From positions 82,088,001 through 82,152,000 of the forward strand of contig NC_043003.1 in NCBI RefSeq assembly GCF_006345805.1: a stretch of 64,000 nt of DNA. The letters run 5' to 3'. The notes beneath the pieces are model-generated. The model saw nothing but the letters and a program-made list of their open reading frames with translations, was not told the DNA's origin and searched no databases. Below are positions 13,812 through 26,880 of the stretch, in pieces. A program made the position numbers and the translations under genes. The stretch's first letter is position 1. Each line of letters starts with the position of its first letter. The stretch is from Octopus sinensis. Lineage: Eukaryota.

Positions 13812-14150
13812 CAGGCATTGATGTGAGATGAGGATTTGGCACGGTACAATGACAGGTCAGTAGTCCAGTTACATGTGGACACTATAGGCTGGCTCACATT
13901 GTCTGCTTTGGGAATTTTGAGTAGGAAGCAGATAGTGGAGATGAGATATGACATTGAGGTTGTGGTAGTGGTTGGAAAGGAGACAGAACGGATAGGTTGA
14001 AGATCAGTGCGGAACACTTGCTTCTAGTGGTAGCTGGTGTAATCGTTTGGTATCATGAAGTAGAATCGGGGGTCATTGAATTGCCGGATTCCTTCTTGGT
14101 GTGTTCTTCAATCATGACAGTGTCTTATCGATCAGCTTAGCAAAGATGTG
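13812..14150 (-). mobile_element. Penelope-like RT fragment (Neptune-type)
   Basis: ORF 13811-14017 contains ICFLLKIPKADNVSQPIVSTCNWTT, matching the PLE RT motif YFLPKIHKP..PGRPIVS.C..PT. Upstream reads RQFND, matching RQL.D. Confidence 0.55.
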
Positions 14151-15546
14151 CCTCCATTTATGAACCTTTTGGCTGGAGCTGTGTTCCGATGGGGAATGTT
14201 TGAGCTACTCTTTTTAAATACAGACACATAAATCCAAACGACCTTTATTGACAAATAAATTGACCAAATGGTGTAAACGCATACTTGATCTCGAGTTTGA
14301 GTTATGCTTCGTAAGATTGGTTAAGTGGTCAGATATATATATATATGTATAAGAAAAAGAGTTTTGTGCAAAAGAACATCTCAAATGAATGCATCGTTTA
14401 TATTATTACACAGAAACGCTTAGAAACGCAAATATAAAAAAAACATTTACATATATGATTTGATTACATACATATATACAGATGTGCGTACATATGTATG
14501 CATTCATATGTAGCTATTTACTTATCAATCTCTATATCAATTTATATAGATAACCGGTTGTAGGTCGACTTATAATTGAATTTCAAAATCACTCAAATTT
14601 GCAAAGTACACATTTATTATTGTTTAACAAGAGCAGTTTTGACAGTAATACAAAATTTCGGCCTGTTTAAACTGCTTATCCGTTAAAGGCAAAGTAGGTA
14701 GAAACTTCGAAATCATCAATACTATAAATATATATTATACACATAAATGTATTGCAAGATTTCTAACCATGCATATTTAATATCACATTCAGAATCTCAT
14801 TCAATTATAAGGTATCAAATGTATATTATGCAACAAGGTTGCAGCGTTATTTGTCAGGAAGTGTTTCTGCGTAATAATACAAACTATGCATTATTTTGAG
14901 ATGTTCCTTTGCACAAAACTCTTATTCTTTTTTAAAGTAACTCATAGCTTTTACTGTTTATATAAATATTGCTAAATGATGAAATATGTATGTCATTATA
15001 TCTGCTTGTGTTTATAATATTTCTGGTAATATGAAATCGGTGTACAGGGACTGTTTTACCATCCTTAATTTATCTATATTTTAGCACTTAATAGATTTAA
15101 GTATTTGTTTAAATATTTCTTAAATATTTGTTTAAGATAGAGAAAAAATGATGTGTAATAAGAAGATGGAAGCTTTAGTAATAACAAACGTGAGACTTTA
15201 GTAAGCATTAAAGTTTGATAGTTCTTTAATTTAATGGTTACTTTCCAAGCGTATTGCATACGATACAACAAATCATATTTTCCTTCTTAATACGCGAAGA
15301 TATAAAATGATATTCAAATGCATTTTGTTAGGTGCAAATTGATATAATTTCTTCTTCAAATTTTGCTTTATGGACTAGGAGTGTATTGTCTTCTAATGTA
15401 TGAACTAAATAGAAATATAAAATGTTTTCAAAACTGATTGCTATTAGGTTTCCATTATAAATAATTATTAATGTGCGCTTTGCATAATATATAAACTTAT
15501 TTCAAAATTCCAAAATAACAATTCCATGAATATTAATATAATGGCA

Positions 15547-15577
<31 letters not shown>

Positions 15578-15707
15578 TACAAGTATACAGAAACACGCGA
15601 ATACATAATAACATACAGACATACGCATATACGTTGGCAAGGAACTAAAGTATGAGTCGTCTACCCCCGTCGATGAATGAATCATTTATATAGATATATC
15701 TACCTAC

Positions 15708-15744
<37 letters not shown>

Positions 15745-15746
<2 letters not shown>

Positions 15747-18700
15747 AGCAGAATTGCCCGGCGTTGCTCGGGGCTGAATTGCTTGAAAGTACTGTTAATG
15801 ATTGCACTGAATTATGATGATTATTCAGGCAAATATTGATATAAGTTTACGGCGAATGAATGTATTTGTAAGCGTATAGAATGCCGTGTAAAGGGGTACC
15901 TACCCTCTCGTTGAATGGTGTAAGAATTGAATGCGAGATTGTCTTGAAAAGAGCCATGTTATTGTTCTCATAATTGTAAGAATTTGAAAGTCGTGGAAGG
16001 CGGTGTAAAACATTCGTAGGTGAATAGGGTATCTTCGTTTTCCACGAACGGCAGCGGATGTGCTGTTACAAAACTTCATGCTTTGTTAAAAGAGAATGAA
16101 TGCCCTATGTAGGCAAGAGGGGAATGAAGCATGGGTAAGTAAATGTGGGTAATTTATAAAATATAGAACAATAGCATCTACTCACCATATGTCAGACCGG
16201 CAAGACTGTAGTGGTGCTTAATAGATGAATCACAACACAGTGGTGGAGATGTTTTCATTGATGGGCGTTATGATTAAATTTGCTGTTGTATAAAATGATC
16301 TGTTGCTTGGTTTCCAAAGTGTATGTTGCGATCGTGTTGTCGCTTATGTAAACTTTAACAGTGAGAGTGTAGATGTAGGGGGTAGATGTGTCATGTACGT
16401 TGGATATAGAAGATGAGGCTGGTGGTTTGATGATGAATGGATAGAAATAGAGGTGAGTGAAGGACAGGTGTTGGTTAAGTGTGAATTAAGGTCATGAAAC
16501 GCCTAAAAATGTAAATGCTATCATAAAAGAGAGTCGTATGTAAGTGAAATACTAGCGTGTTCGAAAATGATGAAACGTAGTAATCCTATAAAACCTCCTT
16601 GTACACAATGCTTTTTTGTTTTTCGTTGTGGAACGAATGCGAAAGCATCACTGTTGCTGCCGACACGCGAGCAGGCAACATAAAGCTGACCATGAGATCA
16701 ACATGACTCTCCCAAATGTATTCCCACCACAGAAAGTGTTTGACCCTGCGCTTTGTTAATTGACATGGCGAAACATGGCCTTACTGGGAACTGGGACCTC
16801 AGAAATATGAAAGTTAGGTCTGCTCCTGATGGGAAAAGATGCATCCTAGGTATGAGCACAACATTGACTCGACCGCACCCTGTGATAATGGTGGCCTCAA
16901 TCAGATTGGGAGATAAGGACTTAACGATGAAACGTGTGCCATTGCATTGTTTTGGGGGAACCAAATTTCTAATGAGCATTATAGGGGCACCAACTTTAAG
17001 TTTGAGAATGTGTGGTGGTAGTCCGGGGGGGGGGGGCTCAAAGGAATTGAGTACCTCTATTGGATAGATGATGACGTCCTCTGGGTCAGGAGTTGTATCG
17101 ATAGACTTATATACATAGACATCCCCAGGTATGGGTTTTAGCATTTCATCATTAATATGGTGAACAGTTTTATTCCTCGGGGCCAGAACAGCCCTTTGGC
17201 CAATCCAATCCATATTCTGATAATTAGCTTGTAGATCTGGGAACACTGCATCTCTGAGATCAGAAGGCGTTTTAACAATGGTACAAATGGAATCGATGGC
17301 AATATTACCATTTTCATCCCCTGGTATTTTGCCTTCGCCAAGTGCAAGGAGGGTGTGATAAAATGCTGCTGATGTGATATCACGTCGTATATGAGCACGC
17401 ATATTGGTGTGAAGTTTGAGAGTCTTCACCAGTGACCACAATGTGGATGACTTAAGACACGCACTTACTGCACCAGCTCGAGTCCCTTTGGGAATAACGG
17501 GAAGTATTTGTCGGAAGTCACCTGAAAGAAGAAGTGTTATGCCTCCCATAGGAGCTGAAGAATGTTTGATGTCTCTGAGAGATCTATCTAGTGCCTGAAG
17601 AGCACATCTGTGGGCCATCGTGCATTCATCGCAAACGATAAGCTTGCATCGTCTGAAAACTTCTGCCTGATCGGAGCTGTTACTGATGTTGCCATTTGGT
17701 GTCTCAGTCTACGCTAAGTCAAGCGGGAGCTTGAAAGTGGAGTGAGCTGTCCTGCCGCCTGGCAACAAAGTAACCGCAATTCCAGATGATGCCACAGCTA
17801 GGGCAATGCCTTGTGTTCGCCTAATCTCAGCCAATATTAATTTGTTGACAAAAGTTTTCCCAGTGCCCCCAGGAGCGTCCAGGGAAAAAATCCCCCCAGC
17901 TTTGGCCTGGACTGAATTAATAACGGAGTTGTAAGCGAACTTCTGTTCTGGAAAGAGCTTTGGCTCATAGTCGGCTATGTACTCGGCAAGCTCGTCAACA
18001 TTAAAACATGTCTCACGCAGCAAATGTGAAGACAGAGTGTTTGTGCCTTCCCGGTTTGTTGAAGGTAGGACATAGACCGGCAAGGCACTACCGCCCATAT
18101 CAAGTACAGTATCTTCGAACGTAGTTTGTTACCACACAGCCACACCTGCCCCTATGTATGTGTGTGTGTGCGCATGTGTGTATGGGTAGATATACACAGA
18201 TAATAGATATATTATGCATGTATATAAGTGTATATATATATATGTGTACATATTACATGTACATCTATATATATACATCTACACATAAAATACAAAATAC
18301 AAAGTTATATCTTGATATCGCTAGTGATAACAATACTCAAAATATATATCAGACTGGAATTGTTGGCCCGTCTCTTACAATTTCGATCAATTGGATCTTG
18401 TCCTCCATCTTGTATAGAAGTGTACGGCTGCAGCGAAATTCATTTTTGGACTTTCTTCTATCGAAGGCATTTTAACAAAAATGCTTCCGTAAAGACGGTG
18501 AAAATATTGTCAATTTCCCCAAACAGGGACACAATTCAATTTTTAAACAATAACCAAAGCCCCTTCTCCGTAAGGGGAAGATTACGGTTTACAATTATTT
18601 AACAAATGCAACACAACAACGTTTCACTGACGAGGAACCAAAATATTGAGTTTTCTCGAATTTTTGCTTAATTGGGGGTCAAATTGAAAAAAACTTTACA

Positions 18701-18826
18701 TGCCATGACCCAATCGAATCTACTTGGAAAAATCATAGGTAAATTCCAATTGAAGAAATTCTATATTGTAGAATTGTATTAAAAAGAAACATGGGAACAG
18801 GCAGAGAAAATCTGCCTTTTATCATA

Positions 18827-18829
<3 letters not shown>
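15745..18829 (-). mobile_element. Internally deleted Helitron with both termini
   Basis: 3' end: GC hairpin CCCGAGCAACGCCGGG (15772-15757), then 8 nt, then CTAG (15748-15745) followed by T. 5' end: A|TCTTATGATAAAAGGC at 18829. Both ends sit in (TA)n. Contains a PIF1-type helicase. The 5' boundary is less certain than the 3' boundary. Confidence 0.75.
16586..18098 (-). pseudogene. Helitron PIF1-family SF1 helicase, disrupted
   Basis: ORFs 17709-18098 and 16698-17618 share a frame and are split by one TAG. Motifs: Walker A DAPGGTGKTF, ASSGIA, GRTAHS.FK, IVCDECTM, GDFRQILPV, LKVGAPIMLIRNL, CNGTR, QFPVRPCFAMSINKAQGQT. After a TGA: SHGQLYVACSRV, then a frameshift to NIVYKEVL*. No Rep (HUH) domain is visible. 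Confidence 0.95.
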
Positions 18830-18878
<49 letters not shown>

Positions 18879-19091
18879 GGACAGGCAAAAGGTTGCTTAG
18901 CCACATACCGAAAAAATTAGAAATAGCAGTCAAAGACTGTCTATTTCTATTTTCTACAAATAACTTTTTTTTAAAAACGTTCCTACCGATAATGGTTATA
19001 TTTACATACCGAAATCTACCCGTGAATAATTGTTGCTGTTTTTTTAAACTATTACTTATTTACCCTTATATATATGTATATATATGTATAT

Positions 19092-19159
<68 letters not shown>

Positions 19160-20237
19160 TAGATAGATAGATATATATGAGTGTATGTATACCTGTGTGT
19201 GCACGTGTGTGTGTGTGTGTGAATATACACTCAAACACACAAACCTATCATATTTCTCATCGTATAGGGTGATCACAAGTACAATACTCTGTCTTGGTAC
19301 ACCCAAGTTTTCTTTCAAGAAATCAACAGTCTAACACTTCAAATTTTAAAATATAAAGAAAAAGTAAACCTTAAAAGGTTAAAATTCATAGCCAGACTAC
19401 TGAAACCAGCATAGTTCTTGATTGATTTTTCTTAACTTTTGCTTAATACCTATTGTAAGAAGGCTCTAACATCGATTAAAAATAAGGCGTTGCTTATCAA
19501 ATAGTTATATCCTAAAAGCTAAGTTTGTTTCTTGATCTGCTGTCCAACTCAAGCTTTTTCTTTATTTCACTTTCATTTTTTTTATGTGAGACAACATCAT
19601 GTTCTGCTCTGATGTTTTCTAGTTTAGGATGATATGACTGCCTTCGTATAACAGATTGCTAGCTGTCTGGTGCTTTCTCCAGCTAGAATTTGTTCATTTT
19701 CCATAGTATAATTAACTTTGGTATAAATGTCTGAAACATTTGTAGATGCTGTACTGTTATTCTTCTCGGTGAATTTCAAGACTATTATACGTCTCTATTC
19801 GGTAATCATTTTTGATTATGCTTCCTAATATAATTGCAAGGAATCCTATTAAAGCTTTTTAGAAATAGAATAGTTATGACAATTTCGCTTATATGCTAAA
19901 AATCAAGTATCTACTTAAGAATAGAATATAACAGTCTTTGCTAGACTTATGTATCTCATAACTGAAATAATGAAGCATGTAGCCATAGCTACATTCATTT
20001 TCAAATGTTCGTTTACTCTGATTACATTATGTACTATTGAATGTAACGCATATAATCATATATGTGTGAAATGTATACATATGTACACACACCCGCACAC
20101 ACACACACAAACATACACATCTATACATGCGTGAGTATATATATATATATATTCTATTTATTTGGGGATGGTCATTTTTTGTGCCAACTAAACACCCACG
20201 TTATATAGTTTTTATCACTTCACCTTTATTATTCCAT

Positions 20238-20443
20238 TCTACTCTAGGCACAAGACCCGACATTTTCGGGGAGGGGCCAGTCGATTTGATCGAGCCCAGT
20301 ACGCAAATGAGTACTTAATTTATTGACCCCGGAAAGATAAAAGGTGAAGTCTTCCTCGGCAGATTTAGAACTCAGAACGTAAAGACAGACGAAATACTGC
20401 TAAGCATTTCGCCCGGCGTGCTAACGTTTCTGCCAGCCCCCCA
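20238..20443 (-). mobile_element. SINE family B
   Basis: Near full-length match to the copies at 3933-4346. Confidence 0.85.
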
Positions 20444-20456
20444 CTATACTTCACGC

Positions 20457-20512
<56 letters not shown>

Positions 20513-20818
20513 TTATTTATTTATTTTTCTTTGTCTTAAATCTTCTGTCACACATTATGTGACCGATTCAACGACTGCCCGTGAGGAGACATGTGGGATG
20601 GAATGCCGTAGAAAAGGGCAAAGTATGTGCAACGAAAGATTTCAGATTAAAGTCACTACAATATGAACGATAATAATTAGAAAGCTGCTGTGAAAAAACA
20701 GTATATAGAGCGTCACGTTGAATGGCAAAATGTAACCTCCCCGAATTATGACAATATCTGTTTCATCACACGAATTCACATCAGGACGTTTTCAAAGGGC
20801 ACAAGCACACACACACAG

Positions 20819-20849
<31 letters not shown>

Positions 20850-20853
<4 letters not shown>

Positions 20854-21099
20854 ATTAGTGAATGGAAGAAATGGAGTTGAACGAAGATTGTACAGAATTC
20901 CTTTTATTACATTCTACACATGTTTCAAAGGCCACAATTTTCCAAATTCTGATTAAATAAGGATACCATATTGCAGCTTTCTCTTCAGCTTTTAATCAGA
21001 ATTTGGAAAATTGTGGCCTGTGAAACATTTGTAGAATGTAATAAAAGGAATTCTGTACAATCTTCGTTCAACTCCATTTCTTCCATTCACTAATTATAT
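20850..21099. repeat. Long inverted repeat (about 108 bp arms, 33 bp spacer)
   Basis: 20850-20957 is the reverse complement of 20991-21099 with 2 mismatches. Preceded by (TA)n. Confidence 0.95.
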
Positions 21100-21269
21100 T
21101 AAACTTCAATTATCCGCACCAACGCACGGTTGCAACACCATATGGTCTTATCTCCAACCGTGTTTTTTTCTGCTGTGATTTTTGCTACCCAGGTATCGGT
21201 TAAACTTTTGAATAATCTGTAACAAGAAAATTCATCTTTCCATTTCAACAAATATATATATATATACTC

Positions 21270-21455
21270 ATATACTCGAAAAACACCTTAGGAATGGGAC
21301 CACAGGTTCGAAATTTCCCCAAGACACCCGAAGAAGGCTGGAGGGTATATCTGCCGATATGTTGTGTTAACAACAAACAATATGAGAACTAATATCCGTC
21401 GAATGTAAATAATATAAATAATGTACATAATTCCTCACTTCTTAAGTATAGAACC
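21270..21455 (+). mobile_element. PLE pseudo-LTR-like fragment with decayed hammerhead motif
   Basis: GACAC-CCGAAGA-AGGC(TGGAGGGTATATCT)GCC-GATA-TGTT-GTGTT at 21323-21368 has hammerhead topology but a mutated core (GAAA changed to GATA). Follows a (TA)n tract. Confidence 0.45.
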
Positions 21456-22039
21456 AGTTTATTCATAATTCTATGATTGGGGTTTGCTTTTGCATTTGTC
21501 ATAGAATTACGTATTAAGTTTTACATATATTTATATTTCTAGATGTGTATTTAAAAACTTTTTCCAGTGGTGGCGTCTACTGGAATCTGTCACTGCTGCA
21601 TGTGAGCGTCTGAGTATATTAAGTAAGGTATTTCTCTTACTAAAGTTATAAATGATAAAATTTATACACTAAGCATTGATGCGTGTCCGTGTATTTTCAG
21701 CGAAGATCTGTTTTAATATCATTTTCCTTACGTATCGAAATGGCTGAAATGGAAGAATATTTTCTTTCGTTACTTTTGTGAATCAGACGTGTTCATGAAA
21801 GTTATTTGTTAATTTATGCAATCTTGTAAACTGACCGCAAGTGAAATAGCATTCGAGGAATTTTCGAATAAATCGATGACACTTATAAACAAATGCAATT
21901 CACTTCAGCAATTTGGGAAATATAAAAACAAACAAACCAGTTATTACAAACCAGTGCAAATCATTATAGCACTGTGGCATCACTGACGCTACAGAAGCTC
22001 TGTTCACAGCTGTTATTTATAACAGCAACGGCGGGACAC

Positions 22040-24300
22040 TGCAATGTACAGACTAAACTTAATCACTAGAAGGAAATTAATTTTGAACATGCGGCGTGTA
22101 TAAAATGGGGACTAGATTAAGATGTAGAACAGATTATTAAATTACAAACTGAATAAACGCGTACTGGAAGATATTCAAGAACGAAAATCTAACAGTTACA
22201 CACGAAAATACAAAAATGAGATCAAGGTATTTTACTTGAGAAATTCCGTGCAAGCATATAAGATCAGAACCAAACGAAGAAACTAAAATGAGAATAATTC
22301 ACACCTTTCAAGAGTTTAAAACGAAAACCACTCCTCTGGTTTTGAATATCTGAATTCAAACATAAGTTTATCAAATCTGACGCCATAAAACAGTAACTCA
22401 ACACGAAAGGAAAAAGACTTCAAAAAAATATTAAACCGAAAGGAGAAACTACATTACAGAAAGAAAATCTAATTAAATACTGGGATCAAAAAATATGTGA
22501 TTGTTAGAACTATATGTACAGAAAAAAAGTTTCAAAAATACGCTACTTCACAACAAGAGTACACACCGTAACATATTATTATTTAAAAGATAATAAGACC
22601 ATATGCCAGAAAGTGTAAATTTAGGAACGATCCGATTAATATGATGTGGCCAACCTCAACAAAAAAATTTTCCTCTGTGTAACGATTGTAATACTATGTA
22701 ATTCTGCATTTGCAAATGCCCACAAATAATGCCTAGGAATTCATAGCAGAAGGATTTTGACTATTTTTGCGAAAACAAACTATTCCTTGTTTGATAACAA
22801 ATATTACCTTCAAATAAAAGTGTCTCCACTAGGCACGAAAACAGTTTACTATTTAAATGAAAAAAATAGTCAAAGGACGACAATTTGTATTCTTTTGTAT
22901 GCAAAGTAATAAAACGGGGCGGAAGTTCAATAAACTATATCAAAACAAATTTCAAATATCAGAAAACGTTTACAAACAAAACCAACCAAACAGACCTGAT
23001 ACTACTCCGGCAGACCGAATAAAATTGTATTACTGTGCCATAAAACAAATCAGTCCAGCATATAAGTACAGAATCTACTATGAAACAGACCAATAAAGAA
23101 AGGTAGTATAATACTAGACACGCTAATATTTGAGAGCCCTTTTTCCAAAGCACGTAGAATAAGAAGACAGAGTGGAAAGAATTGGAAGAAAAATTGAAAA
23201 ATTAAATGGCGAATCCAAAAGCAGCTTAACGAAAATGTTTTGAAACATTTAATTTATTTTGATGTAAAACGAGCAACTTTTATAAACTAATGAAACTTCA
23301 AAAGTTTACTGACGAACATGCATCAAAGGTGAAGATTCTCAAACCATCTGAATTAAAATTATGTCCGATTTTTGTAAGACGTACATCGAGCCTCCAAAGA
23401 TTGAGTAAATTACAATATATTATATGAAAACCATTAAGCAAATCGGCGGTATGTTTTATCAGCGATGATATAGATAATAAAACCACATGGCAGAAAAAGT
23501 AAATATAGGAACGATCCTATTAGTCTGATGCTTTCCCTTGTGTAACGATTGTAATTCTGTGTAATTACGCATTTGCAAATGACCATAAATAATGCTCATG
23601 AATTCATAGCAGAGGGATTATGACTATTTTTAAGAAAACAAACTATTCCTTGTTTGATAACAAATATTACCTTTAAATAAAAGTGTCTCACTAGGCACGA
23701 AAAATCAGATGTAACTTTGGAACACTAGTAATGGTATTTTAGAAGAAAAAAATGTAATCTCGATCTTGAATTATTTGTAGCAACATTTCCAACTCCGTTT
23801 TAAAGTAACTTGGAAGATATTGCTTCGTGACTCATAATCGGGAATGAAAATAAGAGCAACAGAATGATTCATTAAATCGCCGCAATTCACAATGGAAATT
23901 GAAGGAAAGGAATTTCCATTTCTGGAAATTTTTTAAATTAGCAACATGGCATTATTACAACTGATTTGCAATACGAACTGGTACTGAAACATTATACATT
24001 GCAATCCATCCCATATTAAGAGAAATATTCCTTTTAATATGGCAAGTTTTATAGATACACAAAATAGTTGTAAAGTGATCTAAATGAAACGAGTTGAAGA
24101 ACTATAAAAATTCATCGAAAGACAGATAATACGAAAAGTTCGCTGTTTAATGCCATAATCAATTCAAAAGAAAACTCGATCTCAAAATTATGAAGGAAAT
24201 TTCACTATGAAGGCAAAGACAATATGAGAAACTTTACATTTATTCTCACAAAATTCACATTTGGTTATTAAGGAGTTACAGATTATTAAAACTCGATACA
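22040..24300 (+). mobile_element. Highly decayed Penelope-like element (RT region)
   Basis: PSELKLCPIF..RLSKL..I*KPL...FISDDID matches the PLE motif P.DLK.RPIVAG..RLS..D.ILKP..SFIRDD.D. Also ENKLFLFDNKYY-like, QFTMEIEGKEFPFLEI and HIKRNIPFNMA. Many stops. Confidence 0.65.
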
Positions 24301-24950
24301 ACTTCTTGAAAAGATGCATGTTATGGTAAATGATATATGACGAGTTTCTTCTCTCTCTCTCTCTCTCTCTTTCTCTGTATGTGCGTGTGTGTGAGTACGC
24401 GTGCGTGTGTTTGTATGGAACATGTGATATGAGTAAACAGAATAATTTAAAAGGTTCACAACTTGGAAAGAAGTTAATGGTAATACAAATATGGACCATA
24501 CAACAAAACATTTTCTTTACTTCATTAAATATTCACACCGCAAGAAGAAATATATCGATAAAAATATAAACAAAATTAAGAGACGTGTCAGGGTACAGGA
24601 AAAAGAAATCACAAATACATTTATTAGAAATATTATTTACAGTGAAAGCCAAAATAATCATGCGAAAAGGAAATTCAAGGTATTACCTGTTTCTAAAATA
24701 GAGGTAGAAAATTATCAATAAGGAAAGCAAAAGGATAACAATTTATAAAGTTTTTTTCTTTTTAATCCAAATCAAAACCTGAATTTGTCATAGTCGCTAC
24801 CGAGCATAATTACAACTATACAGGTAACAAAAGGGAAAAGATTGTGCTATACCACCTGTGTTTCGTTTCAATCGGTGGAGTCTGCAAAAGCTTAAACAAA
24901 ATTAAAGTTTCTTGAGGTCTGTGTGACTTTGTTCTTCCTTTTTAGCCTTT

Positions 24951-26179
24951 TAAGAGGGTTGGTCGAAAAGCTCATAGGCTGACTAGGAACGAGCGAGGAT
25001 ATAGCTGTGAAATTTTTCATGCATTAATTTCAACACTTCTCATTAATAACTGCATCATTTCTTTCCCGGCACATTGATAACTAGCTGTTCAAACAAGAAT
25101 TCAAATGTAACTAGTTGTAACTTCTCTTAAAAATGGATAATATTTGACATCGTGGTGCTATCAAATATCTCCAGAAAGATGGTTTAATCCCCCAAGGGCA
25201 TTCATGCTGATATGGATGCTATATTAGGGGATGACTGTGCACAATGGACGGTGAAATTTAGGAGGAGGAGGCAAGATCTTGAATTTGGGCCTAGTTTTGG
25301 ACGTCTTGCATTTGCCACCACCCAGGAAAACTTTGATCTTGTCCACCACATGGTGATGGAGGACTGGTGATTTAATAGAAATCAAATAGTCAATCCTATA
25401 GCATATCCTGTGAATGAGCTGAGAATATTTTTCACCATAAACTTGGTATGACGCAGGTGTCTGCTTGGTGGGCCCTGTGACAACTGATCAGAAGCAGGAA
25501 ACTCTGATATTGTTTCAGGCAGATACAGCGGGTTTCCTTTCCTGTCTCCTAAGCCAGGATGTATGTTGTGTTCATTACTTTGAACAAGAGGCAAAGAGAC
25601 AATGAGACAATCCATGCAATGGGAGCACCCTTCCATATATGCTCCACTGAAGGACAGGGTCTTTTCAGTTGCAGGGAAGATGCTGGATCCAGCTTCTCGG
25701 ATTACAGAAGTCATTGCAATTATTGGCTATCTTCAAAAGGCCACACCATCAACGGTGTGTGTTATACCAACTTGCTGAAGCAGTTACCAAAGGCTAAGAA
25801 AACTAACGTAATTGGTCTTAATTCATGAGGACAATGCTGCAGCACACATCAATGGCTATTGTGAATAATTGTGGCTTTGAACTGGTTGATCATCCTCCCT
25901 TTTCTTCTGATTTGGCCCTATTTCACAATCATCTGTCACTCAACACCATAAAACACTAGGCTGGCAAGCAAAATCACTGAGACGATGACGTCTTATTTTT
26001 ATTAACGAAGTTTTCTTATCAACACGATGAAAGCTACTTCACTAATGGGATCCAAGCATCATAACACAGATTGAAGAAATGTGTAGACCGCAAGGGGAAC
26101 TATGTTGAAAAATAAACATTTGGTCACTTTCTATGGGAATATCTTGTGCAGCCTACATACCTTTCCAGCAACCCACATA
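24951..26179 (+). mobile_element. Near full-length decayed mariner (DD34D) transposon
   Basis: Imperfect TIRs (TAAGAGGGTTGGTCGAAAAGCTCATAGGCTG versus reverse complement TATGTGGGTTGCTGGAAAGGTATGTAGGCTG). Transposase relics: HRGAIKYLQK, QSMQW, YLQKGHTING..YTNLLKQL, HEDNAAAH, ELVDHPPFSSDLA, KKCVDRKGNYVEK*. Confidence 0.9.
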
Positions 26180-26827
26180 TATAGTTAATGTGTGCGTATG
26201 TGTGTGTTCGTGTGCGTGTGCATGACTGAATACCTGCAGTCTCTTGGGAAATAAAGAATACAGTCGGTAATCAATTTGTTGAATTTCAATTATTGTAATT
26301 CTGAATAAGTTTACAATGTATATAATATGTTTATTATCTGCATCAGATATGTATGATTATTTTAAAAGTTATTATATTACTACATTTCAATAACCCACTG
26401 TGAAATGAAAGAGCACAATACCATTCCAGACATGACAAATAAGTCAATTTATTTTAAATACATATGCAATGTAAAGGAAATGAATATAAAATGTCTCTTT
26501 TGTGCATTCAGTATCCTCCCCCGTGCATTTATACCTTGTAATTTGTTAAGAAACTTCTTTAAAATCTCTATGTTGTAATGACTGGAGTTTATGAGTGTAA
26601 AAATAGCTCATGCACATTCAAGATTTTCAACTGCTATCAGGTTTCTTGTATCTGTAAATATAATGTCTATGCACGAAACGCTAGTTTTAATGTATACAGA
26701 AATGTGATCTGGACTTTTTCTAGAAAGGTTGTACAGTCAAATGTGACATAGACTTCATTAAGAATTTTTTTTTAATGAGTGAACTTCTAAAATAGAAATT
26801 CCACAATTGCTTCGTGTTTCGAAACAG

Positions 26828-26880
26828 AGTGCCCATAGAGACCCGTGGCATGGACAAACAAGACTTAGACTCTGTACCAG
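26828..26880 (+). CDS. Candidate penultimate coding exon (VPIETRGMDKQDLDSVP)
   Basis: Donor CAG|GTAAAT at 26880/26881. The acceptor is uncertain (26795 or 26827). PIETRG resembles the C-terminal PETKG motif of MFS/SLC22/SVOP-type transporters (inference). Confidence 0.3.

Noticed and set aside
17416-17598. Plus-strand ORFs overlapping the helicase (also 16753-17067)
   Set aside because: These are antisense shadows of the Helitron helicase coding strand.
18791-19318. Many ORFs rich in YI, HT, CV, RE or poly-L/S runs (here and at 28.2, 34.1, 37.6, 42.7, 50.4, 54.4 and 57.1 kb)
   Set aside because: They are translations of di- and trinucleotide microsatellites that lack stop codons, not genes.
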